NCBI GenBank assembly: GCA_051362555.1
Contig: CM120647.1
Location: forward strand, 16,964,651 to 17,028,650
Direction of reading: 5' to 3'
From: Lingula anatina
Taxonomy: Eukaryota; Animalia; Brachiopoda
Length of the DNA stretch: 64,000 nucleotides
Shown here: piece by piece, positions 12,719 through 27,473 of the stretch
Position numbering within the stretch: the stretch's first letter is position 1
Layout: each line of letters begins with the position of its first letter
Translations under genes and position numbers: made by a program
Notes under the pieces: model-generated
Told to the model about the DNA's origin: nothing
The model's input: only the letters and a program-made list of their open reading frames with translations
Database searches by the model: none

Positions 12719-14352
12719 AATTATTATGCTCTGTACTGTATACTTTCAATACGAAAAATTAAATAGGCACTTGCTCTGTGTTGCGAAACAACCCTATTTT
12801 TAATCATTAATATCCAATTATGTTTTCTTCAAACCTGATGTTGTCTCATACTAAACGTTGCACCCCCCTCCCCCATCTCAAAAACCATCCCTGGCCTTTC
12901 AGTTAAATATTTTAATATTTATATTAAAATACTGCTATGGCTATATCATTAAAGCTCCCTTTTAAGCCACAGTATAATATTAGTATATCATGCGTCCACT
13001 CTTTTTTATTTCTGCAGAATGCCTAACGATAAAATATCAAGCAAGATTCTGCTACGATTTTGTGGCCTTATTTAGAATTCAAATCGGTTTAAACTGAGAC
13101 TCTTCGAGGCAAAAACTGCTACATGTATTTTATGCTTGATGAAATAAAGTTATGAAAAGTAATTGTACATGATAATCACTGGTCTTCGTGTGCCTTCACC
13201 CAGCTTTATGAGGCCTTTTGAATCACTTGAATAGCTGTCTTGGTTATAGAGAAAATCCCAATACCGAAAACGGCATTTTTCCCCTCAAATTGGCGCCAGA
13301 GCGTCATCCGTTGGACACTGTACTTAATCCCCGTCTTTAATTGGCCTTTTGGGAAGTTTGTTTTAATTTTTTATAAAAACTTATAAGCCCAGGGCTTTGT
13401 TTCTATGACTTTGGTCCTTTTACTATTAGTGGCCTTAAAACATCTCCATCCTACAAACACAATGCACCACATGTAGTTGCTGAAACACGTTTTATATTCT
13501 GCAATCAAAGAAATTCATACGAGGGTTTAAATAACACAAAATTAAAGATGGTGTGTATCTATGTCAATTCAGATTGAATCTGATTCTGATATTAAACATA
13601 AAGCGCTATTTTTTCTTTAAACGTCTTTTAATAAGGTGGACTTCGCTTCAAGCGACAAAGTGGTCTAAAAAAGTAAAGTAGGTCTTAAAGACTTCGACTT
13701 CATGTGACTATATGTGTCACGAAAATTAAACATTGAGCCTAGCAAAGACTGCTAGAAATTGTAGCCGACAAGTTATCTTTTTTCTTTAAGAGGAGTGGAG
13801 CGGCGGATCTTAATATATTTTATGACTTCCTATACATTTTAAAGTGTGTGAATAAAATGGATTATGCAACCAGTGTTATAATGAAGAAGGATATAAAAAT
13901 TGTTGATGGGTTGCTTAATTTACACGAAATGTACACGTAAATCGCATTCCTTTTGGGGAAAAAAATTGTCGGCGCTTTTGCTTTTTTAAACGGAAAGCAA
14001 CCCACCTGTCACTCATCTATGTGTTTTAACGACACCCTCCTCTTGGGACTCTGCTGCCTCTGTTCATTTGCTGCCCATGGCTCGTGGTAACAAAGGCTAC
14101 TCAAAATTAAAACCATCCAGATGTAAACTGCAATGAGTATCATCATATGCTCTTCCACACTTAATCTCGGTGTACTATAATAATAATAGCAAAATGATAA
14201 TTAAAATATCTGACGTCAGGACTTTAGCCAGTAATTTCCAAAGGAGGAGGGGGATTTATTAATTTTTTTCAAAAAGTGAACCTTTTACCACGAAACCTTT
14301 GTGTACGGGTACCTAGAATTTGCCTGGAGAGGTCCTTTCCAGGCACAAAGGG

Positions 14353-14635
14353 CAGCGGCGGACTCAGAGGGGGTTCAGGGGGGTCCTTACTCCCCGTTCG
14401 GTTTCTGAAAAATATATCACATCAATATTCCCCTATTGAAATTAGAATTCTGACTTGCTGAATCATAGTTATAAACCGCAGCAAAGGCACTGCTTGCTCT
14501 CCAAACCAATAAAAAATGTCTCGGGCCATTGAGCAGGCTCCGAACCCCACGCTAAGGGGGCAATGGTCGGCTTCGCATCCGAGGCCTGTCGTTCCGGACC
14601 CCCTCCCCCTTCAAATAATCCTGGGTCCGCCGCTG
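14353..14635. mobile_element. MITE with CAGCGGCGGAC TIRs (hAT-like ends)
   Basis: cagcggcggac at 14353 and gtccgccgctg ending at 14635. No clean TSD. Confidence 0.55.
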
Positions 14636-14655
14636 AAGGGGGTTTTTTTCTTTCT

Positions 14656-14692
<37 letters not shown>

Positions 14693-14739
14693 TACAGGCC
14701 TGAAGTCGTGTCTTTCTTAATATATTATGTGTACTCGTA

Positions 14740-15590
14740 CACAATGTACATCTGGAACCTCCTCGCTAATTGTGAAAATCATGAAATCATGTTTGAAGAC
14801 TGGCGTTGCATCGATTTGAAAATAACGCATTGCTGGAAATCCTGTCATATGAAAATATTGACAAATAAAAAAGAACACAAAATAGATGAATTAAAAAAAA
14901 TGTCCATCTCTGCGGCTTCAAATTCTTATCATCCTTTTGACAACCTCTTTTTACCACTCTTCCCTTCGCAGTAAAATAAAACCCTTGATCCCAGCAGCGT
15001 TTTTAAACACAACACTTCAGTGACATTTGGTGTAGCTGAAAATGGACGGTGTGTCACTGTGCGTGTAGTCCATATCGTCACACCGTCCAGTAGCATTCCA
15101 TTGTTTAACATACCTGTAATACCACAACGTCATTCAGTAATGATGAAGTCGGCCAGGTATGCATGTAGTACGTCTACTAACCTACCTATTAAATATGCAG
15201 CTTTTCACAACACCCTTACTTTAGCGCCACAGGGGGGCGGGCGGGAAGATCTTGATGGTTTTGTTGATAGATACTGTTATCTGTCCCATACCGCACTTAC
15301 GTATAAAGTGTATATGTGCAGGACTGGTATGTACAGGTGCATATCACACTACAGCGCGAGTGTGATAGGAGTAAAGGCACACTCCACGGGTTTGAAAATC
15401 CCCCCAAATGCTAGTTTTTGCCATTCACAGCTTAATGAAACCTTACATACATCTTAAAAACGATTTGAAGCTTTTTTTTTTTCTGGAGCCTACCTGATGT
15501 TGATATTTCCGAGTTAAGGAAGAGTCGATTGTTATAATGACTTGGCAGTCATTTTAAACTAAATCAACCTTTATAAATTAAATTAAAAGT
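14740..15590. repeat. Dispersed direct repeat, copy 2 of 1-1000
   Basis: Same orientation and colinear with positions 1-1000, with indels. Confidence 0.9.
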
Positions 15591-17346
15591 TAAAGGGAAA
15601 GGTAAATGAGCCGTGAGTACTACAAAATTGCTTATTTTCCCGGGAAAATTCCATTTAAATAAATGTTAGTCAAATTAAGTTCATGCTTGCCCGGGCGCAA
15701 ATAACCATTTTCTTTGAAAATTTTCCACAGGCCAAGTTTGTCTACCATCGAAAAACCTGCAGCATTAATTTTTTCTCATCTCATAACTCGAGAACTCTAA
15801 TTGCTATTTCCTATTTTTGAATAATTTTAGATAACATCACATAAATGCTAGTTTCATCGACAGAGAATGCTCACAGACTTTTGGTGTTAATAGAAATGAG
15901 GACATTCCATAAAGACAGAATAATTAAGTCAGATCTTTTCCATCGATAAAGTCATTACTGCCGACATAGAGATGTGGCGTAAGGCTACATGTGTTGGGTA
16001 CTAATGAAATATTGCTCTCTTTAGACTACGTAGGTTGAAGGGGGGTCGTGAAGCTCAATGTCGACAAAGGTAAGTCGCCAATAGATGTGCATTTCTCATA
16101 AATATCCGGAATAAATGCGTCAAAATGCACGCAGAATACACAGACAAGCTAAGCTAGACGTGTATTTCGTGCACAAATATCCGGAGTGAATACGCCGAAT
16201 ACTCACTGTTAATTGTTTGATGTGAATGCTTGTTTTGGTCCATTGTAAAGGGCACGTAATTTTTAAAGAAATGCCTCATCATTAAACATAGAGGCGAACG
16301 TTTCATATAAGTCTGAAAATATTTGTTTCGAATATACTTGTTTTATGAAGAAAGCAAATAGCATGAGAACTAAGTAAGCATTGGGAACATGGATGTTTTC
16401 CATGCCCGCTATATATAGTTATATATGTCACGGTGGGTAAAGGCTGGTTTACTCACTGCTAAGATTCTATAATCTTAAGGCAACCAACCCAGACAGAAAT
16501 ATTTCTTATCAACAAAAAATATAAAGAAGTAAAACGATCAACAAAAATATAAAGAAGTAAAACGAGAGTGCTACATTAATAATTCCTTCCAATTACTAAA
16601 TTAAAACAACTTCACATTAATTGATTATGCGCTGAAATTGTAACATTTTAAAAATTAAGCACAATGCAGTAGCTGTACCCTTAAATCTGATAATTTATTA
16701 TTTTAAAATTTCCCGCAGTGACTCAAGTTTAATTAACAGAATTCTGGCCTGTGTGTGCTCACATGCACTAGGGACAAAACGACTGAAAGGGCGGCAGGTG
16801 GTTTTATTTATTACGAAAAGCTATTAAATTGTGTTTATACAATCATGTGCATACAACACAAAATTACTGTTATGTAAATAAAGTGAAATTAAAAAGACAG
16901 AGGAATGTGGAAAAGAAAAAGAAGTCAAAGATATAACACACGTGTCCTTTGCCAAGCAAAAGATATTTTAAGAACAGCGTCTAATCGGTTAAGGTAATGA
17001 GGAAAATTAGCTTAATATATCATCCAAAGTCAGATTTTTATCCACTAAGGCTTATCTTACAAGACGGTCATTTAGAGACAAAATGTACGGGTGTTAGAAC
17101 GTTTGACTCGTAGCAACTGGGCAACTTGCAGCCTGCCTGTAATTATACCTGGTCGACCTTACGAAAATGCATTAAACGCTTTTATACGATTTTCTCTCTT
17201 TGCATTTTCGTGGAACTTTCCTTATGCGATCAAATTTTGTATCTTAAAGCACATTGTGTCAGTAATTCGCTGCTATGTCTTGAAAAACATCAAAAGTCAG
17301 GTATTGTTAACTAAAAGATGTCTTTTAATACAATCAAGATAATGTT

Positions 17347-18195
17347 TTCATTTGATCTTGGACATTTCCATGGATCATAAACGCAAAGAACGGTAAAAAA
17401 ATTAAAGGCCCGGCAGCGCGAGACAGGTCCGTACTTGGGGGGAGGGGGGTTGGAAGAGCCCTCCCCCCCTTTTACCAGGGAGTAGTTATTTTACACATTA
17501 TTGGCCCAGCAGCTCTTGTTGCTGCTCTATTTGTGCTACATGTATAGCGTTCGGTCTATATAAACCGATCTTTTTTAGTCATTTGTTTAAAAGCGAAATG
17601 ATAAATGATCTTAGAATTGATCCAGTATTTTTAGAACGACCAAAAAATTAAAGGCCCGGCAGCGCACGACAGGCCCGTACTTGGGGGGAGGGGGGTTGGA
17701 AGAGCCCTCCCCCCTTCTCCAGGGAAAAGATCCCCCTTTTAATACATTCATTTCATTTGATCTTGGACATTTCCATGGATCATAAACGCAAAGATTTTTT
17801 CGCTGATTTTTGTTCATAATCCCCGAAGAAGGCCCAGGGGCCAAAAGCTCGGATTGTATTTTACAACTGAATGTAGATCTTCAAAGATGCACAAATATAT
17901 ATACTTCTAGGTTCGAACTGATGAACGATGTGGTCACTTCTATTGTACCTTCTCGCCATGACAGTGTTCCTGTTACCCAGACCGGGGACTGGTATGTATA
18001 CCCAAAATATAGAAAGGTCTTTAAAAAAGATATTGCTGAGTAGTAATTTTACACTTTATTGACCCAACAGCTCTTGCTGCTGCTCTAACTGTGCCATAGC
18101 GTTCGGTCTATATAACCGACCTTTTTAGTTGTTAAAAGTTTGTTTAAAAGTGAAATGATAAATGATCTTAAAATTGATCCAGTTTTTTTTAGAAA
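17347..18195. repeat. Local rearranged duplication around the first coding exon of the long gene
   Basis: Blocks in 17347-17470 recur at 17635-17792 in swapped order. Block 17480-17636 recurs at 18038-18195. Confidence 0.75.
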
Positions 18196-20015
18196 GGGTA
18201 AATTTACACTGATTTTTTTTTCGCTGAAAGCAGACGAAGTTGGCGGATAGTGAAATGTAACGTCACATCCATATAGCGCACAACGTTAGGCTATGCTTGG
18301 ACATATTAACGAATGTCCAAGGGCTAAGTGAAAAAATATTGCCGTTGTGTTGTGTGAAATATGACAGCTGTGGAAAACACAATTGTTGACGTATAGGGTA
18401 TAAGTACTATGAAGCATGTGTCCTCGGCAAATAGTTGTTAAATTGTCTCTCCATGACAAAACTATTTCCCACGGCATATCGGGAACGATAGGATTGCAAT
18501 TTTCCTCGAACAGCCAGTTGTGAACAGCCTGTGAACATTGTCCGCTTTGCGTCGGGGTCCCATTTCCTCTGGCCGGGTAATGTTCTTCACAGTCCCTTGA
18601 CAGTTGTGCACTATTCGTTAAATAATTATATTTTAATAACATCATTTCAGGATCACACTTCAGGTTCGGTACAATCAGCTGTGCACCATCTCCGGGCAAT
18701 GCACTGCAGGTCAGTGACCCACTTTCGTTTTTAGAAATGAGTCAATATATCGATACTGAAATCTATGGCGGGCGTTAATGGTTTTTTATTGACTGAGCAC
18801 GACTCCTTACTACCCGGGCTTGTGAAGTTATTATGGGGCCATGGCCAGTCAACGCATTGCAGTGACGCGACGTCTCACGTTCACGTTTACTTGTTAATAC
18901 CTTGATGTTAGACCTACGTTCTTGATTCCGTAAAGACAAAATGTGATTAATTTTTGAGCAACAACATGTAAGATTGCTTTTAAAATTTTACATATATTAA
19001 TATATACATGTAGACTTTCTCCATTGCATCCTTGTTTTTTCCAGCATCATCACTTTTTGCGTCTTTACCAAGCAATAGTATAGACTTAACTTTTAAAGGC
19101 AGTACACGCTTTTTAAACAGCTTTTATCCAAGTGCAGTGCCGCATTTTAATTTGATCCCAAAACCAAATTCTTAATGTATCTATTGTATTACTTTTACTC
19201 TGTTTATTATCAAACCTGCCCCAAAAGAAAAATGATTTCCGATTTTTATAATTGACTTAATAAACTCTTATCTTATCTTACGAAGGCGCGCTGTTCTTGG
19301 CGATCGGCCTGGAGATTAACTGACGGTCCATGCAGGAACCCGTGCACAGAAGAAGACGTGGGGCAACTCACTACTGGGCTCCTAGGGTTCTGGCAGTGTT
19401 TCTTAGGTTAGTAATGCTACAGGGCCAGGTGTGACAGGAATGGTAGTCCGCTAGGAACCGTAGTCCGGTCCCCATTACTTTGTACAGGTGACATTCGTCC
19501 CTTATAGCAACCTCATTGCTTCTGCTTTAAATTTGGGCTGTTTTCTTCTAATGTTCGAATGAACTTAAAATAATAAAGTTTTTAGGGTGGGCAAGTGGTT
19601 TTGAAATATCGCTAGCTTGCATATCAAGAATTATTATTCTAAACAAAACATGACAACTTTAAGTAACCATGCCGGTGTAACGTTACAAAGAGTTCCCCAT
19701 GATAGAGAGCCCGCCTCCCATTCATTTGTACGTACAGGTCAGCCTCGCCCTAGATTTTGACCCACTTAGGTCAGACTAACCCTGACCATTGTAACTATAT
19801 GGAGGGTGGACTTTCTGTCATATGGACCCTCAGTTTCGTTACACCGGATCTTCTTTTACTTTAGGCTGCGGATTCGCACAAATCATTGCCCCACATCGAT
19901 ACTACCTCACCGCCATTGACAGGGACGACTTTTGGCAACAGGGATACAATGACTTTACATTTAATCTGCCAAATGCCGGGGTGTTTGCGTTTGGGTAAGT
20001 CTTTATCTTCTTATC

Positions 20016-20056
<41 letters not shown>

Positions 20057-21478
20057 GTTCATGTATGTAAACATATATACTGGGATATTTATTGCTACTC
20101 ATAACAGTTGGATTGTACGATGAAATTTCTGTTATATATTTAAAACCTAATTATCTCGGAATTATCATTCACAATTATTACCATAACTATTACCATATAG
20201 CCAGGTCAATACCCCCACACCACACTCTAGCCCAAATGTTCTTTCACACCATCTGTGTTTTCCGATTGGACAGATGGTATGGAAGAAAAATAAGTTATTC
20301 ATAGCCAATGAAATTATACTAAATTTGTGTGTTAAATAAAACAAGTAAGGCTGCAGGCCCGTAGCCAGGGGGGGGGTTCGGGGGGGGGGGGGTTCGAAAG
20401 AACCCCCCTTTTTGCTGGAAAAAGGTCCACTCTGGGTAAAATTTGACATAGGTACATGGGGATTATATGGTAAAAGGTCCACTTATTTAGAAAACGAACC
20501 CCCCATTTGAAATTGCTGGCTACGGGCCTGTGCTGCATTCACAATCAAAGTTGATCTGCAATCAACCTGTTCTAAATGCCCCCAAAGTGTGTATTTAAGT
20601 TTCTCATAATGTGTATATTTACGCCGTCAGATACGTAGGCTGTTGCTGGGTAACGTTGGTCTATGGAGGGGGAAGCTGGGCCGTCTATACCGAATATAAT
20701 GCCGGCATTCGAAGCGACACGGGAACACCCAACTCCAGTCCCATAACCACAAGCAAGCCATTAATTGAGTAAGTGTGTCTGAACAACCTGCGAACGGAGA
20801 AAAACGTCTAAGTTGTGATATGTTAATAAGCACGTCAGTTAAGCTTTTTGTAATTGAGCGGCAGTCCCTCGAAAAGAGATACATTTATATATGGGGAATA
20901 GTACTTCCCCTATACACAAACCCAAATTATAGCGCCTACACCATCCGAACGCACTGAAAAATGGCCAGTTGTCACGTAACCATAGAAACGGACACATCCC
21001 AAGATGGCCGCTGTGGTAATTGTTATTTATATAAAGGTACAAATAATTGATAGATATAATTATTGGAATAAACAAAGTAGGTAACTCTATGTGTTATAAT
21101 GAATTTGGTCAAAATCCAATCGTGTAATGCATCAAATTTCACGTATTCAACATATTCAATTTTTTTTTTGTTGAAATACATCGCCAAAAATGCGTATCTT
21201 TCACTAACATGTCATTACGTCAACAGGTCTAAGTCTAAACAGCGTCCCCTGTTTAATGTATATTTAACATATTGGCTCAAACAATTCATAATTCTTATCA
21301 TTATCGTCATTTTTCTTAGCATGGATATTTTATGCGGATATCGATTTGAGATCCCGTACGCGGATGCAGACGGAGATACTGTGCGATGTCGCTGGGGAAC
21401 GGGCTTTGAGTGTGGCGGTATATGTAGCAGACTTCCAGGGGCCACTTTGTACCCAGTACGTGAACTCTCTTTCTCTTA

Positions 21479-21523
<45 letters not shown>

Positions 21524-24500
21524 GCACACACATATGTTCACTTTTTCTCTCTGCTTCTCTTACACACGTGCATCCTCTCTTTCACCCTCACTCTCACAAT
21601 CTCATACACACATTAATGCGACTACGCGTGCATATCACAGGCACACCGATTCAATTTTCTTTGATAAACGGAAATCGTCACCGAGTAAGGCGATTTCTTT
21701 TATCACGTTTAAAAACTTGGTTTTACAGTGATTTTAATGTAGTCCTTCCTTAATTATACAAAGGCAGAAAAGCGTAAAAGACACAGACTTTACACTATCT
21801 CTCAGTCTGCGATGAAAAATTATTTCAAACTGTGCATTTTTCACTTCATTTCAGAACTGTACTCTAGTAATCCCGGCTTCTGCCCGTCCTCTGTACGGTA
21901 ACGGTCTATATGGAGTAGCAATAATGCTGGAGGATTTCCCGACATCCAGTATAACACAGGGGGGCGTGCCGAAAGATGGATCGACTCCCCTGTCAAAGGT
22001 ACCATTACAGGTAAGCCTGGTAAATTGGTGAATAAAAAATTGAAACAAGCAAATAAATGAATAAATTGATGATCAGCTAAAATACGATAGATTTTTAGAG
22101 CTTCATACAGCAATATTCACAGGGATGCTCCTTTTACCCAGGTGCAGTACGTATTTGAAGATGCGTAATTTCACTTTTTATGTTTAAGTTACCTTACACA
22201 TACTAATTTATGTGACCAGGAAATTGCTAAAAAGGGAAGGGCTCTGAAACATGAATGAAATAGAAAATGAGGGCTAGTTAACTATGATGACACTTTTAGA
22301 AAAATGATAAAAATGGTTATCTCCACCCACAGGGGTGGGCTGTCTAAGGTAAACATTTTTAGATTTTCACCATGTATCTCTGAAAGAGGGAGGGGGTCGG
22401 AAAAACTGTTTGTACACTTGTGAAAATGATAATAAAAAAGATGACACCTATCGTAATCACCTGGTGAACATTTCAGTATATTGCTCGAGTAAAGGATGGT
22501 TGCGATTGCAACAGCCGGCCATCTTTTACAAACCTTCCAGTGAGTGAATTCATAAGTCCAGAACAGCTTTACGCGATAAACATTAAGGCAACTTCCCCGA
22601 ACGGGTATGTATATAGATATTTGTTCCTTATTATACCAGCTATTTATATGTATAAGCACATGTAAACACTATTGCTTTAAAATGTTGCTTTGGAATATTG
22701 AATATTGTCACACCTTCATTAATTTTGTTTTAAAGAGCGATACTAAGTACTTGAAGCAATGAGTTCAATCATTTATTTCTATAAATGTTCACATCACCAG
22801 ACTAACGAAGAAACAAAATTCCAGATTTTGATATTGATTCACCAGTGAACACTTTTTGATTGCAATAAGCCGCTGTAAGGGTCTGGTTTAACACAATCAA
22901 ATGCATTCCTTTCCCAATGCGAACTCGAGTTAACTTTGCTGTCATAACCATTTGTCTCGCCACGTAGTCAGGTTCCCTGGCCAAGAACTTAATTACCATT
23001 GTTACATGGTCACATGGGCACACCTTACCCTATCAGGGGCAGTGTAACAGCACTCTCATGGAAATCCTAGTCAACTAAGCCAGAGAAATGACTTAAGTTT
23101 TTTTTAGTGAAACTAGGGAAAGGCTGATGTAGTCTACGTTTGGCAGTATATCCTGCAAAAAGCTCAGCGACAGTGAACCTGATAGATATTTTACTCATTG
23201 TGTAGTTATATTGGGGAAATTGAAACAGGTGTTTGGGATACGACATTAACATGCAAATTTATCGCCTCGTCCAAATGTGAAGAAAGCAAATGAAGCATTC
23301 TGATGTTTTCATCATCACGCCAATTGTTTCCAGTAAAACTTATGAGCCTTACCTTACCACCTTTTAGGCAGCTTTGCCTCGTCTTCTCGTGGAAGTTATG
23401 TCTGTATGATACATTCACAATCCATTGCAATATACTTCTATTTTTAACTTCAACTTTTTTGCCAAGGTAGAATAAGTACCATCAAGGTCATCCCGCCAGT
23501 AGGCGCAAATGTGGATCCAATAGTTCCGATAGATGGCACCACTTCCTATGTCAATTTGACCTGGACACCGACCACTGCACAGATCGGTGCGGTCCAGCTA
23601 TGTTATGAAGCCACAGACAGTAATGGGTATGTAAAAAAAAACTTGAAGCTGTTTAGATGTAAAGTAGAGTGCATTCCCATAGATTTAGATCGATCCATCT
23701 AGATCGACCTAACTCCTTGGGGGTTCACGTTATATTGCTGTCAGCCGAGCGCGCACGGTAGTTAATTACCCCCTTACAGCTGTTAGTTGGCGGGACAGAC
23801 ATTTAAGCCGGCTAAGCTGACGGTAATCTAATGAGACTCCCCACAGGGATAGATCGATCTAAAATCCGTGGGAATGGGGTCGTAGTGTTATGGTCTTAAA
23901 AGGTGGTCGGTGCTCAAAAACTGTAATAAGTTGTTGTCAATGTTTTGTTATACTAGTAGTATTCGTCAGATAGGCTACTGGTCTGCTGATGGATGCTCAA
24001 TGTTACGCAGCATAGCTTAAATCTTTGAAGTTAACTTTACAATGAAAGATGTCATTTGGACTGTTCCTCCAGAAATGCCTCGATCGTATAAGGTTTTTCT
24101 TCCCCAAAAACGTACTTTTCCTGTACTTATGTCAAAATTGAATATCGTAGATAAAAAAGAGAAACATAATGAAATGAACTTTTCCCCAAAACAGTGCTCA
24201 TATACATCGAATCAAGAGACCAATTGCTATAAAACGCCCGAGTTCCGACAGACCGTTTCGGTGAAATAATTTAAACCAATAATTGGTCTTAGCATTTAAA
24301 ACAACATTCGAAAAACACACGAAAAAACATTAGTAGTAAAATCTTACGAATTTGTTACATGTTTAGACACCACGGGCTCTAAGGTGCAACTGATTTAATA
24401 TGCATTATGAATGTCAAAAATGTGATAATTAAAGAAACGAAACAAATTCATTTCCATTTGCAGTTGTCCCGGGCCCTTCCAATGTGACACACTTAAAGTT

Positions 24501-25689
24501 GTAGGTAAGATGCATGGTTCGATATTAATGGTTTGCACTCGACGTAGAGCCTGGTGACTGGAACCAGTTACTGGTGTGACAGGAATGGCACTGGTAGTCC
24601 TAGGAATGGAAGTCATTAGCCCCATATTGATTAGTACAGGTTCGGGTTAGTCGAGTTAGTATATGGGACCATTGTCACCCGTACAAAGTAAAGGTGGAAC
24701 GGACTACGGTTTCTATTACCAATCCTGTCACACCGGTATCAACAGATACAGATCGAGACCAGTGGCGCAAAATAACACGCGATCTTGTGGGAACAAGTGA
24801 CTTAAATACTGCTCATATTTTATAGTGCGTCGATCAGAAAATCATTGAAAAGCAAAAGAAATCAGTCACTTAGGACCGTCTACTAACATATTTTCTCATA
24901 CTATGTATATGTAATATGCGGCAAGAATTCAAGATGGTCTTAAAACGGGTGACAATACTGATTAAATTCAATTCATCTAGTATACACGTCTTGACCTCTC
25001 TTCTCATAACCACACGATCTGGATCATCCCAGCAGGCCTGTTTTCCCCGTAACCTGAAAACGGTTATGCATATATCATTTATCACATAAGATGCCATATA
25101 AGATAATATAGTATTTTGTTGCAGATGACCCATGCTTGTTTGACCCACCCTGCTTAAATAATGGAACATGTAGTAGTATGGACGGTCAGTTCACGTGCAC
25201 CTGCACACCGTCCTTCACCGGGACTCTCTGTGAGACACGTAAGTTTAAAAAACTCAATCTATTTATATATGGGGTGCTGAATGAAACATCGAAAAATCGA
25301 ATTTTTACTCTTTGTTCAATTCTGTTACGCTAAGATCTAGATAATTGTCTTACAAAGAAGAAACCGGAAAAGGCTGTTTTAACACATTTCGTTCATTTTA
25401 ACATAAATGAGATCAACTTAAAGGACTGAAGGAGTCATTAATTAGAATTGAATGGGTGATGAAATATAGTGCAACCTTGATTAGTCACGTAATGGAGACT
25501 ACTTTAAATCTATATAGCTTTTCCAGCTTCCAATTCCAAATGCTTTTCGGTCCTTTGGACTAAAGCCAGTCGTTGATTAAAATATCATCTCTGTTTCATA
25601 TTACGGTATTTAATGTTACCTGATAATAAACAATAGGAGGTCTTTACTTTTCAATTCAATCCAATTCAATTACCACGGTATTTCTCTCG

Positions 25690-25781
<92 letters not shown>

Positions 25782-27050
25782 AAAAATGAAAACGTTTTTC
25801 CTGTACGAGTAATATTATATATAATAAAAGAAAAAGAAGAACAGCAACTTTCTTGCCCCGACCGGTTTCTTTCTTTCTTCAGGGGGTTTTGTTTATTTGT
25901 TACTAGGTGATGTCATAAAGGCTTAAATGTGACGTCTTTAACAATGAGTGTTTAATTATTACTTTTACCAATGCTTTTATCTATTCAATGTAGGTTTATA
26001 CTTATTAATGAATAGATTTTCTTTTATTTCCCTTTCTGTTTGGGTTGTTTCCCTGGTGAATTTATAAAATGGGAATACCGTAAAATCCTTATTTTTGTTC
26101 ATAGAGCATTCCCTAATGTGCCCACTCACAGACGTGCACTGATATTTAGGTTGTCTTATTTGTTGTCTGTGAACGGTCATTCTATGTCGGAGAGTGTCTC
26201 CAGTTTGGAACAGACAAAACAGATACCGAAGAACGACCTGAGGACCACCAAAGACAAAATTAAAATTAAAAAGGAAGCCATACCGTACATATCAACATAT
26301 AATCCAAAAAATCCGGAAATACATAAGGTCATAACTGGAAACTTACCTTTGGTAAAACAAGATGACAAAATGAATGAGATACTAACCGAAATGCAGATTA
26401 TAAAGAGTAAGAGACAAAGTCCATCACTAAAGCAAATTTTAACAAAAGCAAAATTTGAAAACAATTCCAGGACATATGTGGAAACCTCAACAATACGAGT
26501 ACAGAAATGTGAGGTACCCAGGTGTGGCACCTGTCCACTAATTAAAGAGGGGAGCCATATAACATTTAAAAATGGACTTACATTCAGAATCAAACACCCA
26601 TTCACCTGCACTAGCTCAAATTTAATCTATGTATTAACTTGCAGTGGATGCGGTGAGAACTATATAGGACAAACTGGAGACACTCTCCGACATAGAATGA
26701 CCGTTCACAGACAACAAATAAGACAACCTAAATATCAGTGCACGTCTGTGAGTGGGCACATTAGGGAATGCTCTATGAACAAAAATAAGGATTTTACGGT
26801 ATTCCCATTTTATAAATTCACCAGGGAAACAACCCAAACAGAAAGGGAAATAAAAGAAAATCTATTCATTAATAAGTATAAACCTACATTGAATAGATAA
26901 AAGCATTGGTAAAAGTAACAATTAAACACTCATTGTTAAAGACGTCACATTTAAGCCTTTATGACATCACCTAGTAACAAATAAACAAAACCCCCTGAAG
27001 AAAGAAAGAAACCGGTCGGGGCAAGAAAGTTGCTGTTCTTCTTTTTCTTT

Positions 27051-27095
<45 letters not shown>

Positions 27096-27413
27096 TAAAT
27101 ACCAGTGCACGTCTGTGAGTGGGCACATTAGGGAATGCTCTATGAACAAAAACAAGGATTATACGGTATTCCCATTTTATAAATTCACCAGGGAAACAAC
27201 CCAAACAGAAAGGGAAATAAAAGAAAATCTATTCATTAATAAGTATAAACCTACATTGAATAGATAAAAGCATTGGTAAAAGTAATAATTAAACACTCAT
27301 TGTTAAAGACGTCACATTCAAGCCTTTATGACATCACCTAGTAACAAATAAACAAAACCCCCTGAAGAAAGAAAGAAACCGGTCGGGGCAAGAAAGTTGC
27401 TGTTCTTCTTTTT

Positions 27414-27473
<60 letters not shown>

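Larger units (their letters stand above)
25815..27417 (+). mobile_element. 5'-truncated Penelope-like retroelement (GIY-YIG endonuclease end) with an inverted 5' pLTR and a tandem 3' pLTR
   Basis: The frame at 26208-26900 contains PYISTYNP, C..PRCGTC, CTSSNLIYVLTCSGCGENYIGQTG..LRHRMTVH..H and E..FI..Y.P.LN (PLE Zn-knuckle/GIY-YIG). 25820-26207 is the reverse complement of 26670-27055, and 27092-27417 directly repeats 26726-27050. The element is bounded by (TA)n. Confidence 0.92.

Noticed and set aside
14469-15457. ORFs of 91-152 aa, including a poly-Pro/poly-Gly stretch
   Set aside because: They derive from a MITE, a poly-C run and the dispersed repeat. The frames are not preserved in the other repeat copy.
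18531-18734. ORF with 'SHF' and 'THFR' as the start of the Sib-like gene
   Set aside because: The real motif SHFRFGTISC lies in another frame, in the spliced exon 18651-18709.
26040-26207. N-terminal part of the 286-aa ORF as genuine protein
   Set aside because: It is the antisense read of the inverted pLTR, fused by chance in frame to the truncated Penelope ORF.
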